Made by a program: the position numbers and the translations under genes
Source: Haliotis rufescens
Taxonomy: Eukaryota
Length of the DNA stretch: 64,000 nucleotides
Assembly (NCBI RefSeq): GCF_023055435.1
Contig: NW_025963946.1
Coordinates: 7,812,001-7,876,000, forward strand
Direction of reading: 5' to 3'
The notes under the pieces: generated by a model
Seen by the model: only the letters and a program-made list of their open reading frames with translations
Told to the model about the DNA's origin: nothing
Database searches by the model: none
In this document: positions 47,632 through 58,338 of the stretch, one piece after another
Layout: every line of letters starts with the position of its first letter
Numbering within the stretch: position 1 is the first letter of the stretch

Positions 47632-48783
47632 GTAATCGAATCTCAGCAGAAATGTTCCAAACTTCAAGAACTGGCAGCATTTCAAATCTGACAAAGGTGG
47701 ATGGACAGACAGTGTTCAGCTCGGATTTCCTGTTGTTTGACGTGAAGAGCTGCAATAAAGTGCAGCTTCGCATAAATAGCGAATCAAGCTTGGCAGTTAT
47801 TGAGATTTATCAAAACATGACTTCTCACGTGCAGCTCTGTTACGATAAAGTCAATGGTAAATGCATTGCAGAGATGTTTGCTGTGACTGGTGACCTGTGT
47901 GGCGGCTATACACCCATATGGTTGCAGATGGCACCACCTTCACTCATTATCGGTGAAGGCTGTGACGTTGGAGAATCCAAACTTTACTCATACCCACTGA
48001 TGTTCTTTGACATAACGCTCGACATTAAAAGCATCGGAGTCTCTTCGACAGATGATGCCTGGTGGAGACTGGGTAATTATGTTTTTACCAACAGTTGAAC
48101 AGTGGAAAAAAATACAGCTCTTTATAACTAACACAATGTGTCAGTAGGTTTATTTGTTAGTTGATTAACGCCGCACGAAACAATATTATAGATATATGGT
48201 TCACAAAACATCGGGTGTAGAATTGGTCTTCCGCAACCTAGGCGACTATGCTTGTCCTTTGAGGCCACTAACGGGATCAGGTGGTCATGCTGACATGGTT
48301 GATGTATGTCATCGTATCCCAATTGCATGGATCGATACTCATGATATCAATCACTGTATTGTCTGGTGCAGACTCGATTATCTTTAGACCGCCGTCATAT
48401 AGCTGGAATATTGCTGAGTGCGGCGTTAGACAACAAACAAACATAGAGCCATGCCGTATCGTGTGATATAACTTAAATGTGTCAATGAACTACAACATTA
48501 GTCATATTTTACATTAGCAAAGTTTGATGTGTTTCAATGCTGGTTGACTACAGGGGAATCTGCGTGTCGACCTGTGACCACACCAGCTAATACCACAACG
48601 TTGACAACACAACCGAGGACATCCGAAGTACCCTTGGCGAATCATGCAATGATGAATGAAACCATGCATAAGTACATGAACATGGGGCGATCTGGCGGTG
48701 CTGTCTGCAACAACTCCCTGACTGTGATGACCATGGTTGTTACGTATGTATTGTGCTGTCGAGTTCCATGCAGTGTGAGGTAG
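47632..48783 (+). CDS. FAMeT-like domain + Thr-rich stalk + hydrophobic C-terminus gene, copy 2, intact (exons 47632-48072, 48554-48783); first exon not located
   Basis: 441-nt phase 1-1 exon with FDVKSCN, YTPIW, IIGEG and IKSIGVSSTDDAWW, resembling the Methyltransf_FA domain pattern. The next exon joins in phase (GESACRPVTTPANTTT...LTVMTMVVTYVLCC). The domain name is by recall. Confidence 0.75.
48213..48442 (+). mobile_element. SINE family B, intronic
   Basis: cagactcgattat..agaccgccgtcatatagctggaatattgctgagtgcggcgtta 3' half. Confidence 0.8.
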
Positions 48784-50707
48784 GGCACCATGACCATTTA
48801 CGAGGGTCGATTGTTCCAGAGTCGATTGTATTGTCAACATATTTCTTATATAGTAATACCAACTAATATCACAGGAAAAGACTTTTCATTTTGAGAGAGC
48901 ATGGTCAAACACAAAGGTAAAAACAAGGACAACATATTAATTATTTAAATTCTGGCGTGGAGTCCTGCTTACTAAACGTATAACAAATTTGATTACATTT
49001 TCAATAAAAAACATATCTAAATAGATTTAACGATATGGATGCCACATTCGGATGGGAACCTCTCAACCAAATTGGAGTGTCATCATTGTGGGAACAAGAA
49101 AATGACGTCTCAGTTTCATTTACAACGTTAAATAACAAACAACCGAATACATATGCTGACAAGGGTCCTATGATTGTGGGTTCGAATCCCAGGCTTGCCA
49201 TGATAATGATAGTCACTTCGACAGACCATACAAATCCGTCCGGGATCCTTAAAATGGCAAACGTCAAAGTCTTGCATCTTTTCGGGGTTTCTTCTCACGT
49301 GAAACTGAAACAACGATGTAGCTAAAATACTTATCAAAGCGGAGTTAAACCCACTCTGTTCTAGGTTTACTGTCAACATATTGACCATCCACTTCTCTGG
49401 TCCTGAGAACAAGGGTGCATAATGAAACAAACACCAGCGATGTGTTTTGCAACCGAAGAAGCAGGATACGCTGTTTCATCACTTTGATTCATACACGCAT
49501 GCTTATGATATAGACGAAATCGTACAATGACCCCTGCTTTTAGGAAATATTTCTCATGGTAATGTAAATAGTTTTTGTCGCTTTTGTTAAGAATATTGAA
49601 TGAACATCATGTTATTGTAGTATTTAACATTTCTCATAAACCATGCAATGATATAAACCTAAGTATATTCCTTTTCAGGTTGATGTCCTTTGTAAAGTAC
49701 TAATGAAATGTACAGTTCGAGCTGACAAACTTGTCAATGCATGGTGTCATTTAATCTCATAATGAATTAAAATTTGCTGTGAAAATAAAGTGTGGAGTTA
49801 TTGTGAAAAAACTGAACTTAACACCAAAGAAAACTGAAAACTTAGTACATGTTATGACAGGTTCTGACGCCTTATCCCCAATGGGTGAGTGAGGTGACAC
49901 GCCACTTTTATCATTTTTATCGCTACAGGAGAGATAAAAAAATGGTCTTCACACATAGCTAAGTCGGGAAATATCACTGGACGATCAACAACAATATGGA
50001 AAGTACCATATGCATAGTCAAGCTTTGTCAGTGGTCTTGCGCTGTAATATTAAAATATGTTTTCGGAAATGCAACGTAAACATACGTTTGGGAGATCCTA
50101 GGCGATGTATGGGGGAAAAGGAACACTTGATTTGTGAGGAGCCCAACGATGGACTTCCTTTGATTGGTTGTGTTGAAATACTCGTCCATATTGTCAATGT
50201 GAACCCCGATGCACCACCTTTAAAAATACAAAATATCTTCATTGTATGATACCGACTGAAGTATCTGTACACAAAATGGTCCCACTTGTATTTCTTTTGG
50301 CCAAGAAACGACTGAAATGGATCGGTGGTCAGGCTCTGAATTGCATGTCATAGAGCCCAAATGTTGGTTGTGTTCCAAGTACTGGTTGTCTGGTCAACAT
50401 TGGGTTATGTACAGACAACCCTGATATAGCTGGATTCTTGTTCACTTAATACCACAACACCGCGCCTTGTCACAATACATGCGTCATATACAGTTGTAAG
50501 CTTAAATACCTTTGACCTCAGGAACCGGATCTGTACACACGTTAACTCGTGCAATCGTAGACATCACCTTGTGTTGTTTGTCGTGTTACGTTAAGCACAC
50601 TTCATACCTATTTTGTATGTGTCGAATGGTTTGATAATATCAGTTACACGTCCAAGAATATCCCTGTCAATTTATACCTTTTCATTGGTGTTGACATGAA
50701 TGAATGG

Positions 50708-50832
50708 ACATGTATCAACCAAGTCAGCGAGCCTGACCACCCGATCCCGTTAGTCACCTTTTACGACAAGCATAGTCGCCCTTTACGGCAAGCAAGGGTT
50801 GCTGAAGACCTATTCTACCCCGGATCTTCACG
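50708..50832 (-). mobile_element. SINE family B, partial
   Basis: caaccaagtcagcgagcctgaccacccgatcccgttagtc...ggatcttcacg. Confidence 0.85.
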
Positions 50833-52156
50833 TGTCGAATGAATGAATGAATAAAGTAGTCAAGTTGAGGCCAGAGTTGCAATCAGCCAATATTATGCTC
50901 AGAATGACTGAGGACTTACATTAAGCACACTATGCAAATATCAGAAATATATGCACTGATATTATAATCCTCGCCGAGTAAGTAACGAATACTTAATGTT
51001 TAGTAGTTTGTACTTAACGTATTAATGATAGCAGATATCACCATGTGTCTTTGCCAAGTTGGTTTTCTTATTTCTGTACTTGTGATGAACACATTATACA
51101 TCACCGTAGCAATCATTCATGCTTCATTAATTTTCCACACTGTAACCATGGTGATACCGGTAAGGTGTGTGTGAGTGTGAGGTGAGGGTCAGGAGAATAG
51201 AGCAAGGGGGAATGCGACTTCAGTCATCACGTATTTGTTTGAGCCATTGTGTGTTCGGAAGAAAACAAAGCTGGTGATAATAATTTAATAATTACAATAA
51301 CCGCATCTGGGAGTATCAAATGAAAAGTAAATAATATAGGCAGGATATAATTCAATGATTGAACTTCCTTTGTCATTGTGAACCCCTATGCTCCACCTTA
51401 AAATACAAAACGTGAAACTGCTAATTGGTTGCTTGAATGGTTGCTATTATTACTACAACTCGTTTTGTGCCTGTTTGGTTATCGATTAAATTAGTTTAGT
51501 ATTAATTGGTAGAGATGCTTCTTACCTGTGAACGCTACCGTAGCGATTGAAGTGCCTATATGCAGTAATTCATGGGTCAGAAACACCGCTGCCGAGGTCA
51601 TTCAAAAACTTAAGCTTGTAGTAATTCTGGAGGTTTTGCAGTAAACCGTTTTATAAAAACCCTATACGGTCCCTCTTTGGTCCCTCTTTGCCTAATTCAG
51701 CTGGTGTTAATATTTCAAGTGTTTGTATCTAAATCAGTACAAAATGAAAAAAACACAAATTAACTTAAAAGTTTACACCGTTTCAAGTGAGTTGTCTACG
51801 AACGATTATTTTGAGGACACACTCATTTTTCTGGCGACGATTTTCTATAAATGGGAATAAATAAAATAGATTGATTCAATGGTCGAGTTCCTACAATTGC
51901 TGGTGTGTCACAAAAACGCATCATTTATCGATCACTTAAAAGGTTTTGTGAAATATACTGAACAACCAAAATTCCTGTGACATTGAATGAGATTTAATGC
52001 AAAGTTATGTTTTTTACCAAATCTGAAAACAATTTCGGTTTGCAACAGATAAAAGACTCCTGTAAGTGTTCAAATGGTTTAATTTGCCACACTGACTTCA
52101 GAAAATGCGTGATTTCATAAAAAAACCATGAACATGCCAAAATGTCAATTTACAAA

Positions 52157-52365
52157 TCAATAGCGTGTGTGTCCATCTCTGGTTGCGATGCAAGCAATAC
52201 ATCTTCGTCTCATGGAATGGATGAGTCGTCGCACAAAGTCCAGTTGGATATCTGTCCATATCTGCTGGAGCATGTATCGAAGTTCCCGGAGTGTCTGTCG
52301 AACACGTGGTTAACGTCGAAGGCGCCGATCCATCTCATCCCACATGTGCTCGATTGGTGAGACAT
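52157..52365 (-). mobile_element. Tc1-type transposase C-terminal fragment
   Basis: Minus strand reads PIEHMWDEMDRRLR...LIHSMRRRCIACIATRDGHTRY*. Confidence 0.8.
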
Positions 52366-52380
52366 CAAGGGAGCGAGCCG

Positions 52381-52438
52381 TGTGTGTGTGTGTGTGTGTG
52401 CGTGCGTGCGTGCGTGTGTGTGTGTGTGTGTGTGTGTG
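52381..52438. repeat. (GT)n/(GCGT)n microsatellite
   Basis: Direct reading. Confidence 0.95.
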
Positions 52439-53051
52439 ACATCATGTTGCCATCACATACTGCCTGTATGTTCAGTGCGTGGTAACCCTTCCGACAAACG
52501 TAGGTTACCTCGTCACGTTTCGGCGCCATGATGGGATAAATTGTACAGTCAATTGCAACAAGCACTTTAGAGAATCCAGCTATGTTGAAGAATGATTCTT
52601 TGGTACGCTTTGTGGGAAATACAAAATCGCACATGGTTGTCTGTTGTTGCATGGATTGCTCTGCAGACGGAGGATTTACTCACACCGTGGATATCAGCAA
52701 TCTCACTGTAAAACCTGCCCTTTCAGAACCGTTAAAACATTCAGGTAAGGTGGTATTGCATGGGAACGCTGGGTTTGATGTTCAAGTCTGCCACTCACTT
52801 TATAAATCATAGAAAATAGCATGTGTCGTTAAAGGCGGTACCTCACGATGATGTCATTATCATTGTCGAGTGGATTCGACCTGTCGCAAAATATAAGTTC
52901 TCGCCTACATACCTTTTGGCTATCTCATCCGTGTTTAGATTGATTGCCATAGTCATCGCTCGCGTAAATATTTACATCCCCCAAGACCACACGTACAATT
53001 TACGCCAATTATACACAGACTTACTATTACACTAACTTTGTGAAAGAACCC
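52439..53051 (-). mobile_element. PIF/Harbinger transposase 5' fragment
   Basis: AGFSKVLVAIDCT..PIMAP...YVCRKGYHALNIQAVCD, a HARBI1-type DDE motif. The minus-strand end gggttctttcacaaagttag is TIR-like. Confidence 0.85.
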
Positions 53052-54384
53052 TACTTCAGTATTGCCAAGTTACGACAGTTTTACACGCACGTAAGGCTTA
53101 CATGTACGACTGCTTTGTGAACCGGTAGTCTGTTCCTGTCTGGTAGGTTTATTAGTAAATGATAAAACACGCCTGCAGGTTTTGGTTGTAACTGTAAGAA
53201 TAGCCCACAGGCTACATGTTCAACCAAAATTGTAGCGAAATGTTTTATCAAACTTATAAACCAAGTTTCTGAATGCAAGAAATATCAAAAAGAATAAAAT
53301 TAGAATACCTCGTAGGTAAAAAAAGAATTTGGTGACATTGATGAACACCCTTCAGTCTCCTCCCCTCAGTGTTGACATTTTAACCATACAAGTAGAAAGC
53401 TTGAAACAACATTAATCAACAATTTTATGTTTTTCACATACTTACCGTGAACCTTGGGAAACGGGCGTGACTGACTTGCGTTGATTGCGTTTCACCGTAT
53501 TGTATGACTTCCTATCAATCACTTGTTCATCTGGCACGAACTTGGTTATAAAGCTGGAATATTGTTGACAGGAGCGAAAAATAGCAAATCAACAAGTGAC
53601 AGATAGAAAGTATCAGGCGGCATACTTACAAAGCTGTCTGTGGAAAGTTATCGTAGCATCTTAGCTGAGCGTATTCTCGCAGCTGTCTTAGGGCTGAGGT
53701 ATCCAAATTTATGACAATAACTAAGACAGGGTAGGACCTGTCCTACGGGCAAGGTGACGGGCAACTGAAGGCATACTGAAGAAACAGATTCATACCGGAA
53801 ACTTCGTCTGATTTTAAATGATTCCCGGATTGAAAGTTACGAAAAATCAAACTAATGCAACCCCAGTTGCACTTGCTAGTGACCATTCTCTATTTTCAAA
53901 TAGCTTTGTGCACAATAATTTCCTTTTCCTATTAAAAATCCTTACTGTATTGGTAAATGAAAGGTATATAAAGGAAGCTGATCTCACACTCGACGCCGTG
54001 GCGCTAATGGTGCCACAGCATAAGAAACACTGAACTAAACAAAAGTAGGTGTTTTTCAGGGATAATTAACAAAAGCTGGAACACGCGTAAGATGCTTAAG
54101 ATGTTACTCCCCATGTATCTGTACAGATAATGAACTTAAACTTAGTCACATGAAAATAGGACATTTTTCATGAAGTGTGCATAGTAGAAAACTGTTCAAT
54201 GAAATGAATGATTGCAATACATTTATTGGAATATCAATGTACTTAATCCAATTACGATTCCCCGTTGGAGAACATCTTCAATACTTCACATGTATTGTAC
54301 ACACAAGGTTCTTCCATCACCAAGGTATACACATAATCACTTTTGCGTTGTAATTGACGTTGTTTTTAGAAATGAATAAAGACA

Positions 54385-54550
54385 AAGTAAGGATACGATT
54401 TATTGATGAACAGCTTCTTTATTAAAATTAAGCACGACGTTTTGGTGTAGGTTCTAACACCGTTATCAAGCAAGTGATTGGAACCTACACTGAAACGTCT
54501 TGCTGAATTGTAATAAAGAAATTGTTCATCCATAAATCTTATCCTTACTT
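54385..54550. mobile_element. 166-bp foldback, Penelope-type inverted repeat with a hammerhead-like core
   Basis: ~70-bp imperfect arms. The minus strand of 54436-54469 reads TTGATAA-c-ggtgt-tagaacct-acacc-AAAA-cg-TC; the opposite arm keeps GAAACGTC. Confidence 0.55.
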
Positions 54551-54789
54551 AGTACTCCAACTTCTAAATGCCTATCAAAGAAGAATAAAGACAAGACCAG
54601 GTTCTAGAGGGAGGGACACCAGCGAGTGCTCAGACGAATGGGAGGCTCAACTTACATTGCACAAACGACAATATTTCTCATGCAAAGCATTGCGTCAGTC
54701 AACTCTACACATTTCTCAGTGTCAGACAAGGGTAAGGGTTCGTACAGAGTCCGTGCACAGGATAAGGGTCATTTGACTTTCTCGCTGTG

Positions 54790-55017
54790 CAGAGATGTAT
54801 CCCCTGGGAACGCCAGAAACCGGGTTCGAATCCCGGTTCGCCCTGATTATGTTTCTAGGTTTGTCAGCACCATACCCATGCTCGGGGGTTTCACCGAAAA
54901 GGTAAACGTTTGTAACCTGCAACACTCCGGGTTTCCCCCCACTTTAAGCTGACATACTGCGATATAACTGGATTACTGTTAAATGTGTCGTTAACCCCAA
55001 CTCACTCACTCACTCAC
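54790..55017 (+). mobile_element. SINE family D
   Basis: gggttcgaatccc B box, body like 47020-47278 and an (ACTC)n tail. Confidence 0.85.
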
Positions 55018-55194
55018 TAATTTGACTTTCATCAGTTCAAAACCTCCTCTTGTCATCAGATGACTAAAATAAATACATCCTGAGCTCGACTACACCTACA
55101 AAGTGCTCGTATGTATCCAAGGATGTGTACAAAACTTGTGAAGTATTGACAATGGTGGGACATGTGCCTCGACTTATCCTTAAACGTCAGTCGA

Positions 55195-55592
55195 TCAATC
55201 CACGGACACCAGGAACCCACCAAAAGATGATGCTGGTGAACTTCGATCGATTTTGATTGACTGGGTTGTCTCCACCCACACCTGTTCACCCTTGAGGATG
55301 GGGGCAACGGAAAATGCAGCCGAGTGGTCGCTGCCCGTCTTTGCTGTCCCGAACCCGATTATGGTGGAGCCAGTTTTCATTATATGGATGTACGTGCCGA
55401 ATGGGTTGGACACCTTCAATGCTAGATTTGTGTAGAACATGTAGGTTCCAGAGACTGGCGCGGTGAACTTCCCTGTGTTCTCGTCATAGCAGGAGTCTAC
55501 ATTGTAGACAGTGAAGTCAAAGATAAGCGGGGGTCCGATGGCTGTGTCAGGTGGACTCTCTGTGCGGAAGGCAACAGTTCTTGTCTTTGACG
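55195..55592 (-). CDS. C1q globular-domain exon (phase-1 acceptor)
   Basis: VAF...LIFD...YDENTGKFTAPVSGTYMF...GEQVWV...SSFGGFLV is a canonical gC1q pattern. Acceptor catgcag|CG. Confidence 0.93.
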
Positions 55593-57421
55593 CTGCATGG
55601 ATTGAAAGCAACACTTACCAATGGACAAACTAAACATCATGATATAATACGACTTCGTCATATATTTATGCACAATTGCGGCCTGTTCTCAACGAACAAT
55701 GTATGCATTTATCGAATCTAAAGACCGTTATAAAGGAGGCTTCATCTGCATAATGTTTTCCTGGGTGGTGGGAGAAACGTGGGAGAAAAGTCATTGAAGC
55801 TACTAGTCATTCCGGATGTATTTGAAATGGCACGCGAAAGTCGATTCTAGTACTGGTGATATCATCGTTTGTTGCAATCGTGGAGGAACAGCAATTGATT
55901 GGTTAACAATGTTTTACTTGACTGGCAAACATGTAAAAACACCATACGGTCGGCAGTCGAATTGGAATTAAAATTGCAAAAGTGCTGGTTGTAGTTAAAG
56001 TACATTAAACGATTAAAAAAGCAAGCAGCCTTATTGCCATCATACTCTATCAGCCCATTTACTTTACGGACCTCGAAAATTGCCCTATGCCCGAGACACT
56101 ATTATTTGTTTATTGAAAAAGATTCGACTGGAACCAAAGGACATGCCTGTGCTCATAATGCTCAGTTTCGTCCACATTTGTGAAAGTTAGGCTCAGTGGA
56201 TCTGGAAACTAACTCATTAACATATAAACGCCTTAAAGTGAATGTGTTTACAACCAAACAGATTGTTACACATGAACCGTCATTAAGTGCAGATTGTTGC
56301 CTGAGTATTAAGATACAGGTAGGGAATTCAATATGCTACCAGGTGTTTCCTGTTGTGTTTGAGACGGAAAACAACGAGACGAACCGGATATATATTGACT
56401 CTTGTTTCAGTTTTACAACAGTGAATTTATGTCACAGTATTTCTCTCATAAGTGGATGTAGTAAGTGAAGTAGGTTTTAAGTAGTGGCATATAGTAATGG
56501 GACATAACTAGGGCGAAACTGAGATTCAAACTCACAATAGAACCTCAGCAAGGACGCAACCTGATTCTGCAAATTGACGCGACTTATATAACTAGGTCAC
56601 CAGTAGACGGTAGTGAAGACAGGCGGAAGTGAAGCCCGAAAGCATAATGCGGGAGGAAACCCAAAGTGATGCAGGTATCATATGTTTGGCCCTGGTATTT
56701 TGGCAACCTGAGGGTCAAAATTGGTCAAAAGGATTATGCTCAACCATTTTCGAAAGAATGATTTAGTAGAGAGTCATCATACTGACATTACTTAATATTA
56801 TGTAAGTATTTTGTCAAGAGATTATGATTATTCGTATTCATCGTCAAAAAGCGACCTAGGCATTAATAAAATTGACAGATGGGGGCGCTTAGTGAAGTCA
56901 ACCAGGAAGTTAAATTTGTTGTCGGAGAAGGAGCGGTAGTGAACAACCATAGTTCAAACGTAGACTGAACTCAGAACTGTTTCGATAATAGTTAAGTCAA
57001 TACAAACATGCTGCACAATAATACCTATGGCCAGTTTACTATATTTTGGTCAGGGTGCCAAGCCAATCATTTCCTGCTTTAAGTTGATTGATAGGGTAGT
57101 TGTTGGGCCTTTGCTAGTTCGGGTGATTATAGTTGTTAAGAAGTGTAGAGAGGTAAATAGTTGAATATTCCTGATTAAAAAAAATATTTGTTCACTATCT
57201 TTGTTGATGATACTTTACACTTCAGTTATGCCGATGGCAGCTAATAATAGTTCAAAATGCCATTGCCATGTTGTCACAAGCAAAGAACTGATAGTTCGAG
57301 CAATTGTTACAATAACATACACCCCTAATTGTGCCTATCAACATTCTCTTTTGAAGCTTGAAAAGGGATCACAGCAATCGTGCAAGCTGAAGTAATATCA
57401 CGCTGAAAATACACGACTTAC

Positions 57422-58338
57422 CAACATCAATCATCATCTTGTATGACTTGTGACAGCGACTTGGTGTTGCCCAGAGACTGCTTCTGTACACTAGACATGT
57501 CACGTTGCAAACCTGCCACTTCTGAGCTTGTGAAACTGATATTATACTGTGCTGTGTGTAGATTATCCTTGACTGTCTGAAGACCTTGTTGAACATTGCG
57601 CATATCAACGGTTGTTTGGTTCATTTCTGTCCCAAGTCTTTCCAGCTGTTTTGACGCATTTTGTAACACTTCTTTTGTGGACACCATGTCCGTGATCTCA
57701 ACCAGCAACTGGTTTGTAATGATTTTGATGGACGATGACGTATTTCGGATGAAACCCTCTTCTTCATTCTTGACATCATACAGTGTAGAGTTTACTCGAT
57801 GCAGCTGTTTATCTAACGCCGAAACATCTGATTGTACTACATTTACCTGCACGGAGTTCTGCTTGATATTGCGACTCATAGAGTCCATCGTGAGGTTCAA
57901 CAGAAAGTTAGCATTAAGTTTATCCAGTTTCAAGTCTCTCAGTTCAGACTTCACCTGGTTCAACTCATTCGAAGACAACTTCAGTTCAGCCTTCAGCATT
58001 GCCATCTCAGACTTCAGAGAGGTAATTTCAGCACTGGCCAATTGTTGTAGGGATTGGCTTGTTTGTAAGTCTGTTTGGGTGTTCTGTAGAACTGTTTTTG
58101 TGGTTTGCAGCTCTGTTTTTGTACTCTGTAGATCTTGTTTTGTTACCTGTAGATCTGTTTGCAGCTTCCCTGTGGTTGTCTTAAAGCTAGTCATGGACTG
58201 TTCAAGCAATACGACGTGACTCAGTACACTGGAGAGATCAGCACTGCCATCTGGCTTTGTCATGGGTAAAATTAGTCCTGAGACAGAGCAATATAGCAAA
58301 ATACATAGGAATAAGGTCTGCATTGTAGCTTGTGTCAT
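57422..58338 (-). CDS. Signal peptide + long coiled-coil exon of the C1q-domain gene; stop at 57429-57427 precedes the donor
   Basis: MQTLFLCILLYCSVSG is signal-like and is followed by heptads (LQTDLQVTKQDLQSTKTELQTTK). Donor G|gtaagt after 57422. The ORF-track start at 58446 is probably too far upstream. Confidence 0.85.

Noticed and set aside
57596-58219. 207-aa plus-strand ORF
   Set aside because: Antisense shadow of the coiled-coil exon. The minus-strand ORFs over the ankyrin exons were rejected for the same reason.
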